DNA of 64,000 bases from Podarcis melisellensis (Eukaryota), in assembly GCA_964234715.1 (NCBI GenBank), contig OZ174277.1. The stretch is one strand, 5' to 3'. A program made the position numbers and the translations under genes. A model generated the notes under the pieces. It did not search any database, was not told the DNA's origin, and saw only the letters and a program-made list of their open reading frames with translations. Positions 25,598 through 37,912 of this stretch are shown in pieces (positions within the stretch are counted from its first letter, which is position 1; each line of letters opens with the position of its first letter).

Positions 25598-26973
25598 CAA
25601 ATCCATCCCACATGCATTGCAACACCAACAGCTGGTGTCATCTCATGAGGGCAAATGCTAATTCTCCTTACTACCTCACTAAGAGAAGTATGATAGGATT
25701 TGGTTTTATGAGTGCTTTTCTAATTTTAAAACAGTTTAGTTCCGTTCATCTTTTAATATTGATGTGCATGGTTTAAAAATTCTGAAATTCACTTGTGTCT
25801 TAGATGTTGCTTTAGAACATGATAGCCCAAGTGTTACCTTCCAGATGTTGTTGAACTACAACTCCCATCAGCCCCAGCTAACATGCAAGTTGTCACTCAA
25901 CAACATTGGCTACCCATATTTTATATAATTATTTTTTAAAAATATATATATATTCTTTGTCTGAGGACTATGGATCTAGACAGAGAGAGTACAGTATATG
26001 TTGAAAACCATTCCCATAATCTATCAAACAAGTAACAAATAATCTTTGTTTTTCTGATATGTTGAAAAGAAAAACAAAAAGTAGTAGTAGTATCAACACC
26101 AACACTACTTAAAAGCCAGCATTATTGCCAACATATTATTCACAGTAACCACCCACAGAACTCACTGAGTGTCTGAAATGTTTCACATGCAATAGATAAC
26201 AGCAAGCAACAGATATTTTTTAATTCACAGATATACATGCTGATTTTTCAGATTTTCTCTGCTCAAATTGGCTAGCACCTCATACGTCCAAGAAAACTTC
26301 ATTAGATAAATTATACAACATTTAAAATAACTCAGACCACCAGCTGACCTTACTTAAATGTTTTAAATGCCTGATACACACATGGCTACAAATGTGTACG
26401 CTATTGCAAAGAAAGGTGGAGGCTGAGAGCCACTGGAGAAGTATCCCCACTGTCGCTCTCAAGTAACCAGGGAAATCTTTACTAGCTTGCTCATTTTAAC
26501 TCTTCAGTTATACATTAGGATGATAGAAATCAGAAAAATATCCCTCTGCACCATAATTACCTGTCCTCCACAATGCAATTTTAGCCTCAGATCAAGGATC
26601 ATACAGTAATCTTTTCCGCTGTTATAATTTTCAACACTAGCCCTAACTCTACATTTATATTTCTAATAAAAGCTGATGGTAAATGCCAGTGAAATGTCAT
26701 ACAGCAGGTGGTTTTGGGGGCTGTAAGTCTTTTTCTTTTCTTTTCTCCCAATACATTTCTCTCCTCCCCCAAAAAGGGGCAAGCAATGCCTTTTATCCAC
26801 CTCAAATTAGTTCATAATGTTACTTTAAGCATGACAGACAATTATTATCTAAATTACCCTAAAATATGTGTAGGTTACAATATACCAGTTTATGAATAAT
26901 GATGCATAAATTATGCATATCCCCACATTTACCTTGGCAGCCTTGTCCAAACTAATGTAGTCTTATTACTTAC

Positions 26974-27041
26974 CCAGTAATAATGATCTCTGGATAACTC
27001 TGTGTGACCAAACCCCAGTTTCCACCATTGATAGGCCATTC
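26974..27041 (-). CDS. STXBP5: STXBP5 exon 13 (68 nt): EWPINGGNWGLVTQSYPEIIITG
   Basis: TAG acceptor after an 83-nt intron, GTAAGT donor, phase 0-2. Confidence 0.96.
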
Positions 27042-27124
27042 CTATTTAAAACAAACAAGCTGATTAAATCCAAACACATGGAATACTGTTGCTTAGTAAT
27101 AAAGATATTAACTCCCTTTGGTAC

Positions 27125-27272
27125 CTTTTTACTATAACCTTGACGTTTCTGGCGAGCCCCAACTGAATAAAGTGCTGGAATAAGGTCCACAGGACAATCG
27201 GCAAAATATTCACAACAGGTAACTGGAGATTCATGTATACTCAAGGGATAGGGATTCTCAAATATAGGATAC
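27125..27272 (-). CDS. STXBP5: STXBP5 exon 12 (148 nt): YPIFENPYPLSIHESPVTCCEYFADCPVDLIPALYSVGARQKRQGYSKK
   Basis: AAG acceptor after a pyrimidine tract, GTACCA donor, phase 2-0. Confidence 0.96.
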
Positions 27273-28307
27273 CTTTAATGAAGGGATGAAAACATGAAAG
27301 CAGTTAGTTAGCTGATAAATAAAATTTGTAGTATGCAACACTTTCTCCCAAGGTGGTATTAAACAATGATAAAAATGTCAATGCAAAAAAAGAAAAAAAT
27401 AGTAAATGAATACAAGGGAGTAAAAAGTAAAGCATCAAAGGGGAAAGGAGCTCAAATATTTATAATCTATGTGAATAAATATAAATCACTTTGGAATACT
27501 AGTATACTTGAAACACATTAGTAAAGATTTAATTGTAAACTGCTTGTGAAATATACTCTACAAAAAATTATCACTTCAACAGAATGCTGGTGAACTGCTA
27601 ATCTCAAAAATCAAGAATTTTCAGAAATTATCTTGTAATATCCCAACCCTAATATGAACTCCTGCTGTCATTAAAAGATCTAACCTAATTTTATGTATAA
27701 CTAAAAATTATCTTTAAAATGAAAATTAGCAGCTACAACACAATGCATAGCCATAGCTATGTTCCTCCTATCAGGTATATCAAGTGTTTGAATCATCACA
27801 CAGTGTGCCATACTGGCCAAGTTTACACATCTTGCTGAACGTTGGTTCATAGAATTACAAAAATGAAGAGGTACAAACTACAGTGAGCCTCGGCCTTGGG
27901 TACTTCCCAATCCTCTTCCTGCATGGCCAGGATTATGTGTTTGGAAGCTTCTGCCTTTAAGTGCAGCTTGCTATAACATCTGGACCCAGAAGTGTGTTTA
28001 TCAAACTGTGGTGAAGCAAAAGCTGCTGGAATTGTCCTGGTCACACAGGAGGAGGAGATCATGTTATAGTTTAGCATGATAGACAAATGTGGACACTGAA
28101 TTACTGTAAAGAAGAATTCACTGTGAGTTATCTTCATTTCTTCATTCACCATTAGGAATACACACACACTCAGGGGCTATTTACAAGCAAATCACAATAG
28201 AAAACTTAGAGTTTTGTTAAATGGAACAACCTTGATTGGTAAACTCCATCCATGACAGCTACGAGAAACACACCTTTATATAACCTCATTATATTCTGAA
28301 TTCTTAC

Positions 28308-28380
28308 CCATTTTGTGCAAGATCAATAAGTACTAAATCTTTTTCTAGAAGAACGACCACAGCATATGGCTCTTGGAAAT
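28308..28380 (-). CDS. STXBP5: STXBP5 exon 11 (73 nt): DFQEPYAVVVLLEKDLVLIDLAQNG
   Basis: GTCTTAG acceptor, GTAAGA donor, phase 1-2. Confidence 0.96.
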
Positions 28381-28993
28381 CTAAGACAGAGACAACAATG
28401 CAACCAAAGATGAAGCCTAATTAATAATTTAATAAAAGCAAACATTGATTCACTGCTGATTTAATATTTTGATGCTTAATGCAACATGGGAGGGAAACAG
28501 ATTAATGCCATAAACATATATATATATGTTTTCACCAAATCTTTGTAACTGTTTCCTAAACAGTAGTCCCAACGTAGTGTACAATACCACTGAGCAATTA
28601 AATGACTAAACGGCCATAAAATATCTAAGGACTTCAGCAGGAATTAACTCTGAAAAATACAATAGGACAAGAGTGTCTTCATCTGCCTGCAGAACAACAT
28701 CGAAGAAAGTGGCAAATAGAAGGCGCTCCCCACTCCAGAGACCCACGGAGTATGCAAGCGAAGAGGGGCCTCCACTGCTGATGACTTTGGGGATGAGTCC
28801 TGCAAAGTCTCATTCATCTTATTTGGTGGATGATTTCTTCTCCAGTAAACAATAAGCCTGCCATCCAGAGCCATTGACAGCAATGAAACCCAGGAAGCAT
28901 TGCTGTTGCCAATTCTGAGAAACATATGTGATGTAGCTACAACAACAAATATGATTGTCTGTTTGGTATTGTGACATCCTCATATTCACAATA

Positions 28994-29072
28994 TGTGACT
29001 GGCTGAGAACCAGTTTGTTAGGAAGAAGAAGATCTGTGACTGGCTGAGAACCAGTTTGTTAGGAAGAAGAAG
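28994..29072. repeat. Perfect 38-bp direct duplication with a 3-nt spacer
   Basis: tgtgactggctgagaaccagtttgttaggaagaagaag at 28994-29031 and 29035-29072. Confidence 0.95.
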
Positions 29073-29489
29073 TTGCTGGGGGGGGGGGATACATGAACAG
29101 ATATAACAGTGGAAAAATTAGGGGGTTACTTGAGAAGGTTCTAGGCACCTCAAAAGCCCCCATATCACACTAAAAAGAGCCACTGGGCTTACCTATATAA
29201 AAAGTGTGCTTGAGGGAAAATATGCTCTCAGCTGGGATCTAAGCTCCTTCGAGCTCTTACAGGGTTTTACACAACTGTCCAAGCTGCCACCACCCACATT
29301 TAACACAAGAATAAAAATAGCAACAAGTAACACCAACAAGAACATACACTGCTCAGGGCTTCTCTAGATGTATGAAGCAGTGTAGAAGTAGAGTCAGTTA
29401 GACCACATCAAGAAAAAACTAGGTAGCCCAGAGTAATGAAAAATATATTTTACAGTCCAACAGTTCTTTTTCCTGTCAGGTGGGACATG

Positions 29490-30150
29490 CCCAAGGTGAC
29501 AATAGATAGGGTGGGTAACCCTGGAAGCGTAGGCTGGAACACACACTGTCAAAAGAGAGCCTCAGCAAAGGCAAACATGTTCAGCCTAAAGAACTATGCG
29601 CACAACAACAAACTGCAAGGAACCTGGCTGAGGGAAATACACTCCAATAAGCCAAAAGGGGTGAAAAGCTCAAAATCAGTGCAAATAATAATCAGTGAAA
29701 AAGAATTTATTTTAAATAGGTGAAGTTGTGTGGGACATTGGGGGTGGAGGGGGGCAAAGTACAGTATGAAACAGAGTGGGAAGTGGTAGAGTTGACAACA
29801 GAGGAAAAACAAGGCTAGCTGAGTGAACAAAACAGCAAACTCACAACCCATCAACTCACCGCCCTCCAGGACACAAACATTAAACTACTACAAAAACAAC
29901 CCTGAGGCAGACACACAAACAATTCCACACACACATGGAACAACCACAAACAACCAAGACCAGTTGACAGGAACAGTCAAAAAAGGGAGCCTGAGCCAAG
30001 GGAGATGGAGACTTCTCTGCATGAAGGGAGGCGTTTAAACTGGTGGGGGTTGGCTGCTTGGAAGCACAACTTTAATTTAGCTTCAATCCTGTCTGTAAGC
30101 ACTAGAGGGAGCTCACATCCCACCTGAGAGCATCTTTAATCAAAAGAAAA
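29490..30150. mobile_element. Unclassified interspersed repeat, copy 1
   Basis: Right end (ctagagggagctcacatcccacctgagagcatctt..atc.aaag) shared with about 44290-44400; left boundary approximate. Confidence 0.6.
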
Positions 30151-30478
30151 ATGTACACGCAAAAAAATTAGGTTATGCATTAGACAGCACAGCCACCAGC
30201 CCATGGAAGACATTCCAGAATATGAGGACTACTCTTTCTCATAAATGCTATCTTGCTGTCCAGATAGGATGGTACTAGAGATATGTAAGTTCTCCTCAGA
30301 TTACTCAAAAACTATCTACGATCTTTCAACATTTTTGAGGAACCTTTTAGAAGAAATGGCCCCACCCAACCCTGCCATGAAATCATATAAACAGTAAATA
30401 AAATTCTGGAATTGCTGCAGCAAAAAACTGCTTTTAAGCAGTCAAACAAGTGGGAAGAATTTTTTCCCCAGAACCTAC

Positions 30479-30633
30479 CATTAGGGTATGGAGTTTCACA
30501 GAGGGTTAGAAAATCAACTATTGAATAATCCATTTCTAAAACAGCAGTGCTCTTTCCGTGCATAACTGTTAAACAGGGTCTTCTTCCTACAGTGTCATAT
30601 GACAAGCCACCTGACAAGATGATGAAAGGTTCT
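30479..30633 (-). CDS. STXBP5: STXBP5 exon 10 (155 nt): EPFIILSGGLSYDTVGRRPCLTVMHGKSTAVLEMDYSIVDFLTLCETPYPN
   Basis: TTTCCAG acceptor, GTAGGT donor, phase 2-1; lies within ORF 30312..30695. Confidence 0.97.
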
Positions 30634-30754
30634 CTGGAAAGAAAGAAAAAACAAACAGTTAAGATTATGAGAGACAGCATTAGGAGACTTATCATCTGAG
30701 ATCAAGAGAGTAACCAATAGCACTCTACACTGTATATGCGGCACAATATACCAC

Positions 30755-30836
30755 TATTATATTATTATTATATTATATTATATTATATTATATTATATTA
30801 TATTATATTATATTATATTATTATTATATTATATTA
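30755..30836. repeat. (ATATT)n microsatellite
   Basis: Direct reading. Confidence 0.95.
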
Positions 30837-32485
30837 ACAATATACTGTGTTAAGTGTGCTTGGCTTAAGAGTTGTGCAAGAAAACAAGTTTGCCCAACAC
30901 ACTGAACAACTAGCTGAAGAAATCCATTCCCATTGTGTTGATCTGTGTAAATAGAGGCACTTGCTTGTCTTTTAAACCATATTTTAAGCAGTTGGACAAA
31001 CTATTATCAAGGATTCAGTACACCTCCCCACTTATTCAGAAAGATGCATATGCAAAATGCTGCCAAGGAATGCAACTAATCTTACTAAAACTTGTTTTTT
31101 CTTCCTTGGATGTGCCATACAAGTGTGAAACTCAAAATTCACTTTTAGGTAGGACCAGCCCATTCACCATGTGGACTGAGACAGCTGCCTCGGGCAGCAG
31201 AATCCAAAGGTCAGTGTCTCCACGAGTGCACCACCTGCCTCTGCAGGAAAAGCGACAGCAGCTTCTGGAAAGATCTCGCAAACCTTTTGTCAGATCTCAC
31301 AGGAAGCCGCCACTTCTCGTGTCTCTGGCGCTGTATCCCCTTGCCACCAGAGAAGAGAGAAGAAGCAGTGACAGCTTACAGGTTCTGACAAGGTCTCCCT
31401 GGAAGCTGCTGCAACTGTCTCTCCTCACTTCTGCCATGGCAGGGAGGACGCCCCACCCACCATCACCAGAGAAGCAACAAGTGGCTGCAGCAGCAGGCTC
31501 CAGCGAGATCTTGTGGACCTCGTGCAATAAAGACTCACTATTTTCTCTTTTAGATATGTACTACATACAAATGGAGACCCACAAAGTGATATATTTGTGA
31601 TAAATCTGAACGTAATCCTGAATCTGAACAGTAGTGTGGGAATAATTTATTTCCCCTGCACATGATGTATGGAAATCTGACAGGTTAAAAAGCATGCCAC
31701 ACCCCAATTCCATTCCCTTTCCTTATTCTAGGATTCTTTAAACTTGCAAGGACAATGCAGAGCCTGCACATGTGTGAAATAAGTTAGGATTAAATAAAAA
31801 TCACTTCCTCTGCAATTCAACCCATGACAGGGGTCAAAGAGCCCTCAAAAACTCATCAAATCCTAAACTGGGAAGAAATTCTGGTTAATCATTTAGCCTC
31901 TCCCACTTCCAGATTACTGTAAAATGTAAGGTGTTTTATGTTAATTTTGCTCCCTCTGTTTTACTTTCCACTACCCCCAGCTCAGTGTTAAATTTTCCCT
32001 TGAGGTTTTTCTGTGTATCTGAAACCAGTTTCCCCCTTGTGTATGCACAATGACATATTTCCTGCCCAAAGTAACATCCACTTTACTACAGCAGCAAATG
32101 GTTTTAATGTATATTCCACACCTACATATAACAAATCTGTAATTTAAATTGTTGCAAGAATTTAAGAGATTTCTCATTCAATTAATTTTAACAAATAAAT
32201 ATTTTTTGCATGAAGGTTGTATGAAAACAAAGTGCATGGAAGTTTGAGAAAACATTTACTTTCACAATCATATTTGCTTCCAGTCTACTTTTATGCAGTA
32301 ACAACAACAACAACGCTGAATAGAACTTAAGGTTTCATGAATAAACAAAGTGGTGGTGGGTTTGTCACATTTTAAAATCATGGAAGTACTTCAAGAGCTG
32401 TTTAGATTATTTTGCCTTGCAAAGTCCTTATTTTTTCTCTACAAATATCCAAAACAAAGTTAAGTAACTGTTTCCTAATTCTTAC

Positions 32486-32564
32486 CCAGCTCTGGTAGTT
32501 TTGTATTCCACTTTAAGAATAGGTTTACAAGGCTCTGGCTTCTTTCCATCTTTTACCTGCTTTC
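32486..32564 (-). CDS. STXBP5: STXBP5 exon 9 (79 nt): GKQVKDGKKPEPCKPILKVEYKTTRAG
   Basis: TTTTAG acceptor, GTAAGA donor, phase 1-2. Confidence 0.96.
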
Positions 32565-33986
32565 CTAAAACAAAATATTTTCTTATTTACATTTAAAAAT
32601 AATTTGATAAATCTCAGAAATCACACCAAAATCTTAAGAATAGTCCCATATATTTAAAAGGTTATATAAACACTACCAAGTGTACATCATACTATCCTTG
32701 CAGATTTAATGCAAATAACTCAATTGCTTCTCTTATAAACAGTAGATATTTGGCAGTAATAACCAACACCCCATGTGCTCTCTTACCTGGGAGAAAGTCT
32801 CAATCCACTGAAGTCAATGGGATTTACTCCCACATAAACATGCACAGGACTGAGTTGGAGAATTATGAAGAATAAAGAATTCTTTCCCCTTCATTGTATT
32901 GCTGTCAGAAAAACTACTTTATTTCAACATTTGGTCGTGATATATTTTAAAAGAAAGCAGGTTTGACCAGCAAATTGCCTGTTTCACAAAAAATCATCTC
33001 CACTATATAAACACTGTATAAACTGATTAGAACCTTTTACAGTTACTAATTTACATAAATAGTGAGAACCTTTACAGGGCTAATAGGCTAATTACATGTT
33101 CTGCTAATTTCTAAGAAAGCTATACAAAACTGCAAAGCACTGCAAAGCAGGTAAAACCTAGACATTTTTACATCAATGCTTAAGTCTGATAAGGCGCCAC
33201 TGCAGACATCTTTTTAGACATACAATAGTAAGATTATGATCATACAACACAACAAAATTCCTAAAGTTGTGAAAGGTGTACACAAATGTGTACAACAGTG
33301 TAGCCTTGGATTTTCCCTGGCAATCTTATGATAAATGTACTACTGTGCCTGCACTTAGGGTGAAAGTAATCTTGGATTACAATAGTGTTGTGCTAGTTTG
33401 ATATATGCTGACTCCTTCCACCCCCTCACAAATTAGGTTAGTAGTTGGCATGCCCATAATAGCCAGGAAAGCTAACTTTTGAAGCAGCTCTGCAGACATC
33501 AGTGTTTAGCTCCACGGCATGAAAACCTTCACCTGCTGCCTTCTGCACATTAAGCATTTGTTGAAACCACTGGAGGAGACCAGGTTGTTGCCCCTTACTG
33601 AGCTAGTTCGCAACCCTAATAAAATACGTAACCAGAAAAAGCTGCCTGGTCCTATTCTATCTTGAGACACAAGAGGTGCACCTGAACTAGTTTTCTTTTG
33701 CAATACTGCCTAGATTAATAAACAACTCCACACTTCGCCTCCAAAGCAATGGACTTTCAAAGCCAATCCTTTCAAAGCCAGGAGACAAGGCAGGTGATAT
33801 AAGCAGCAGCAGAGTTGCAAATATATGGTACAGTTTAATACCTTCTTTCAGCACATGGTCCTCAAGAATAGAGTGGCATGAAGTAGCAGCCACCGGTAAG
33901 CAGTTTAGATGACTTAGCCTGCAAATCACTCTAAAGCATAATGTATATACAATGTTGACTAGAACACACTTCCATTTTGAACTTAC

Positions 33987-34110
33987 CATGTGGAGTGATT
34001 GTCTGAAATGGCTTGGTAGGATTCCTTACATTCCATATAGTCAAGGTTCCGTCCGAATGGCTACAGATAAATTGCTTTCCTTCGTGGTGCCAAGCTACAG
34101 AATGGATTGC
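33987..34110 (-). CDS. STXBP5: STXBP5 exon 8 (124 nt): AIHSVAWHHEGKQFICSHSDGTLTIWNVRNPTKPFQTITPH
   Basis: TGATCAG acceptor, GTAAGT donor, phase 0-1. Confidence 0.96.
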
Positions 34111-36068
34111 CTGATCAAAGGAGGGGAAATCAGAACTTATTCAAAGCAATAAGCAGAAATCTTAACAATTTCATTCAAATATTGCTTAAATACTCCACCA
34201 TAGTTCATGTGATTAAATAATGTGATAAAATACTATTTTAATGCAAAACTGTAACACTGATTCTGAAGATAGTTTTCTTTAACAAATCATTTTACGTGTG
34301 TTGCGAAAGCAGTTCAACTATTTAAACCTACTTTGTTTGGTTTAAAACTGCTATTGAAAACCTAATACAATGGTATAGTACAGTGGTGCAAATGAGAAAA
34401 ACATATATATATATTTCCAATTGCTTTTGGTGTACTATAGTCTGTTAAACTGAAGAGAACACCTGTATCTTTTTACAAGGGTACAATTGTCTGCAGTATT
34501 GGTGAAAGACACAATTTTCATAATGACTTTGTTTCAATGCTATGCTTCCCTACAGCAATGTACTCTTTGATCTTTTTAGCTAGCATGCATTTTGTATCAA
34601 GATTCAATTGCCATAATCAATGCATGTGGACGTGAGCTAGCCTACAAAATGTTTCTTATACAATTGATTTTGGAAGTCTGACTGGTCAACTGGAATTGCA
34701 TCATGTGATAATCGGTCAACCTCCTATCTGATGAAAATTATAAAACTTTCACATCATGCTATATTAAAAATGTACTATTAGTCAAGAACAGAGAATTCTC
34801 CTGGTGTAAATCAGCATTCATCAACATCTCACCAACTATGCACAACTGAAAAGGTGACATTTGATTTTACAAGGCAATGACAAACTTGATTTATAATAAA
34901 ATGAGAATCAGATATGACATTAATGAACGGGATCTGCACTCCATAAAGGCTTTGCTATAAGCAAAAAATGAATCCAGTTTTTAGACTTAGTAAGACTACT
35001 GCATTAAAACACATGTATAAAATATATATCTTGTTATTTTCTACTTTGACTAGAACATTAGATTGCTGAAGTCATACACATGAAGTGCAGGACTAACATC
35101 CTGCAGTGGTGTCCAAACTTTTTTCAAAGAGGGCCAGAGTTGTTGAGCTTTTTTTTAGGATTGAAGGACTAGTAGTGGAAGTAATAAGAGTTTTGTTGTA
35201 TGCAGCAATCATCAGCTAACACAGCAAAATACTTCAGAGAAATTCTTCAAAATAATTGCAATGTAACAGCTAAGACTATTGAAATTTCTGTAATTTGGGA
35301 GCGCCTGGACAATTCATAGCAATGCTAAATAACAATCTAGTACTGTTACTAGAAAAGCAGCTCTAAAATTTAAACTTATCTAGAAATATAGCCACCCCTG
35401 CACTAGAGTAATAATGTGGCCCAGTCCCAATTTCAACTCCCATCAGCGCCACGCAGAACAACCAATTGTCAATGATTAGGGGTTATTGGGAGTAGTAATC
35501 CAACAACGTTTGGAGGGCCACAGACTAGTTACCCATGCTATATAATGTTAAAGCTTCAGAGACTATACCTGTGGTTTTCAGTTTTCCACTAGATTAGATC
35601 TTCTCACTGCTAAACTGGTCAAGAAATCCCAGAATTCCCAGAACATACTTTGTAAAAAGTGCTATATGCTACATTGACTATTGGATTAATTACATGTAGA
35701 CTTGAATTTTTTGAACTATAAAAACTCAAGGCCAGTGATATTTTACATACAACACATTTGAAAAGGCATTAAAATGTAAATTGAAGTTAGTCCATCAGAT
35801 CAAAACACAAGGTGAAAATCAGTTTAACAATGAGCCCTGTGACTTGAATATTCCAGCCAAGTATACAGCAATAATCCTGCATTAAACTATTATGAAACAA
35901 AGCAAACCACAATGTACTACTTTTTAAAAAATAAAATTCTTTCAAGTTAAGGAATTGCTCATTTCCTAAAATGCCTGTAGCGTAGCTTGTGAAACCAGAT
36001 GCCTTTCTAGGTTTCTTTGATGTCATTTTTTATTTCCCCACATTATATAGCTACTTCTAGCTATGGTA

Positions 36069-36137
36069 TAAAACGAAGCATTCTCTCTGTATTTTTTTTA
36101 CTTTAAAACGAAGTATCCTCTCTGTATTTTTTTACTT
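36069..36137. repeat. About 35-bp tandem duplication (taaaacgaag.at.ctctctgtattttttttact)
   Basis: Two adjacent near-identical copies. Confidence 0.85.
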
Positions 36138-36146
36138 CTATCAGTG

Positions 36147-36379
36147 CAGTGGTACCTCGGGTTACAGACGCTTCAGGTTACAAATGCTTCAGGTTACAGA
36201 CTCTGCTAACTCAGAAATAGTACCTCAGGTTAAGAACTTTGCTTCAGGATGAGAACAGAAATCGTGCGGCAGCGGCACAGCAGGCCCCATTAGCTAAAAT
36301 GGTACCTCAGGTTAAGAACAGTTTCAGGTTAAGAATGGACCTCTAGAACGAATTAAGTTCTTAACCCAAGGTACCACTG
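36147..36379. mobile_element. Tc1/mariner (Tigger-like) non-autonomous element
   Basis: TIRs cagtggtacctcgggtta / taacccaaggtaccactg, TA on the right flank (TG on the left), internal caggttaagaac repeats. Confidence 0.85.
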
Positions 36380-37178
36380 TACAGATTCCCAAATTATTCT
36401 ATCACTCTGCTGCAATATAAGAAAACTTTGAGACAAGACTTCATAAACTGTGCATTCATAGCATCAGAAAGTCCACATGACCATGTTTTTATGTATCACA
36501 GCAAAAGTCAGGGTTAAGAAAGAGAAACAGAAGTGACTCAACAATAACACAGGAAAGTGATGGAAACATTTATTGTCTCTGTACTAAATGTTGGTATCAA
36601 AGGAACAACAAAAATGAACAAAGGCAACTGCATGAGGAAAGGTGAAATTTTCTCCTGTAGAACTGGAAAGCAGATTTCCCTCTTCATTCTGGAAGGGGTC
36701 TAACTGCACACTAGTGATGGGAAAGTCCATCATGACAGGAATCATCAGGCTAGGAAATGTTGTGTATTGCAGATAGAGAAGCCTTGATTGCAGGGACAGG
36801 GAACCTCCAGCCTCTAATTAGGTCTGCCAGGCCTCCCCATTTGGCCTAAAGCCCAAGCCACACCCACTGGCCTATATCATGTCAGGTGTAGGGCAAGTAA
36901 AGACATGACTGGGACAAAGGGGGTTTTGTAGGCACTACTGATCATTTGCATCTCAAAGCCCTGGCGCACAGCACTTTGACTGTTGGGGCTTGCACAGTTC
37001 TGTAAACGGTCCTTTTACGCCATAAAGTTTAAGGGGAAAATTTAAAGTATTTTCCTGTTCTGCCTTTGTGAACTTGTTCTAAATGATTCTTTGATAACAG
37101 AAAGCACACTTAAGAATACATTTCCTGGAGCTTTGGGTAGAAGAGATGCCAAGCCAAGCCTTCTGCTACACATCAAAA

Positions 37179-37324
37179 ATCTGAAGAAGTGTGCATGCAC
37201 ACGAAAGCTCATACCAATAACTAACTTAGTTGGTCTCTAAGGTGCTACTGGAAGGAATTTTATTATTATTTTATTTTATTTATTTTGTTTTGACTATGGC
37301 AGACCAACACTGCTACTACCTGTA
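37179..37324 (+). mobile_element. Penelope-like element 3' terminal fragment containing a minimal hammerhead-like core
   Basis: ctgaagaagtgtgcatgcacacgaaagctcatacc...ttagttggtctctaaggtgctactgga...gcagaccaacac.gcta pattern, recognised as a reptile PLE end. Confidence 0.75.
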
Positions 37325-37844
37325 ATCAAATCCCACCACTTCACACTTCCCACCATGAAAATATTGCTTGTTATCTGTCAGCTTCTTGACAACTGATCCT
37401 TTCCTCAATTCATGAGCAAGAACAGTGTAATTTAGAAGACAACCGGGGTGGGGGAAAAGCAGGAATCTGGGGAGCTTTTCAACCTATTTGTTTTAATAAT
37501 ACCAACTGCAAATTAAGACCCTGGTTTGCAATTACTCATCTTCTACAAGTGTACAGTGTTCCCTTCCTCTTCAGTGATGATGAGCTGGATATATAAATTT
37601 TAAAGCACATCACTTGGGTGCAATCCATCTGTGGGGGCAAAAGCTGTCTGCTACTCCTGACCAGTGAAGTAGACCCCATTAGCAAGGCTGACACAGAAAG
37701 CTGAGAAGATGCAAACTGTAGCCCTTCGGGTCCCTGCAATATATAGCACCTTCTTCCACCTACACCCCATTTTTGGGTAATATATCCAATAGGCATTTCC
37801 CAACATTCTTTGTCTCATGGAAATGTCATGGATGCTTTAGTCGA

Positions 37845-37912
37845 GATTCCTGCATTGCAGGGGGTTGGACTAGAAGACCCTTGGGTCCCTTCCAACTATA
37901 AGATTCTACGAA
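37845..37912 (+). mobile_element. CR1 LINE 3' end (short)
   Basis: gattcctgcattgcagggggttggactagaagacccttgggtcccttccaact...gattcta, the CR1 3' terminus. Confidence 0.85.

Noticed and set aside
28994-29072. Direct repeats superficially like a CRISPR array
   Set aside because: Vertebrate intron, only two copies, 3-nt spacer, no cas genes
30935-31600. Longest ORF (221 aa, + strand)
   Set aside because: Non-ATG start, no recognisable domain, antisense within intron 9, and overlaps a GC-richer repeat-like patch; probably a chance ORF
32551-32560. CAG|GTAAAA cryptic donor 8 nt into exon 9
   Set aside because: Would give an 8-nt frameshifting exon; the authentic donor is stronger and nothing suggests use
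33745-33780. GFERIGFES peptide resembling exon 7 (LIGFES)
   Set aside because: The true exon 7 is at 48900-48983; this is a short ttcaaagcca repeat with no further similarity
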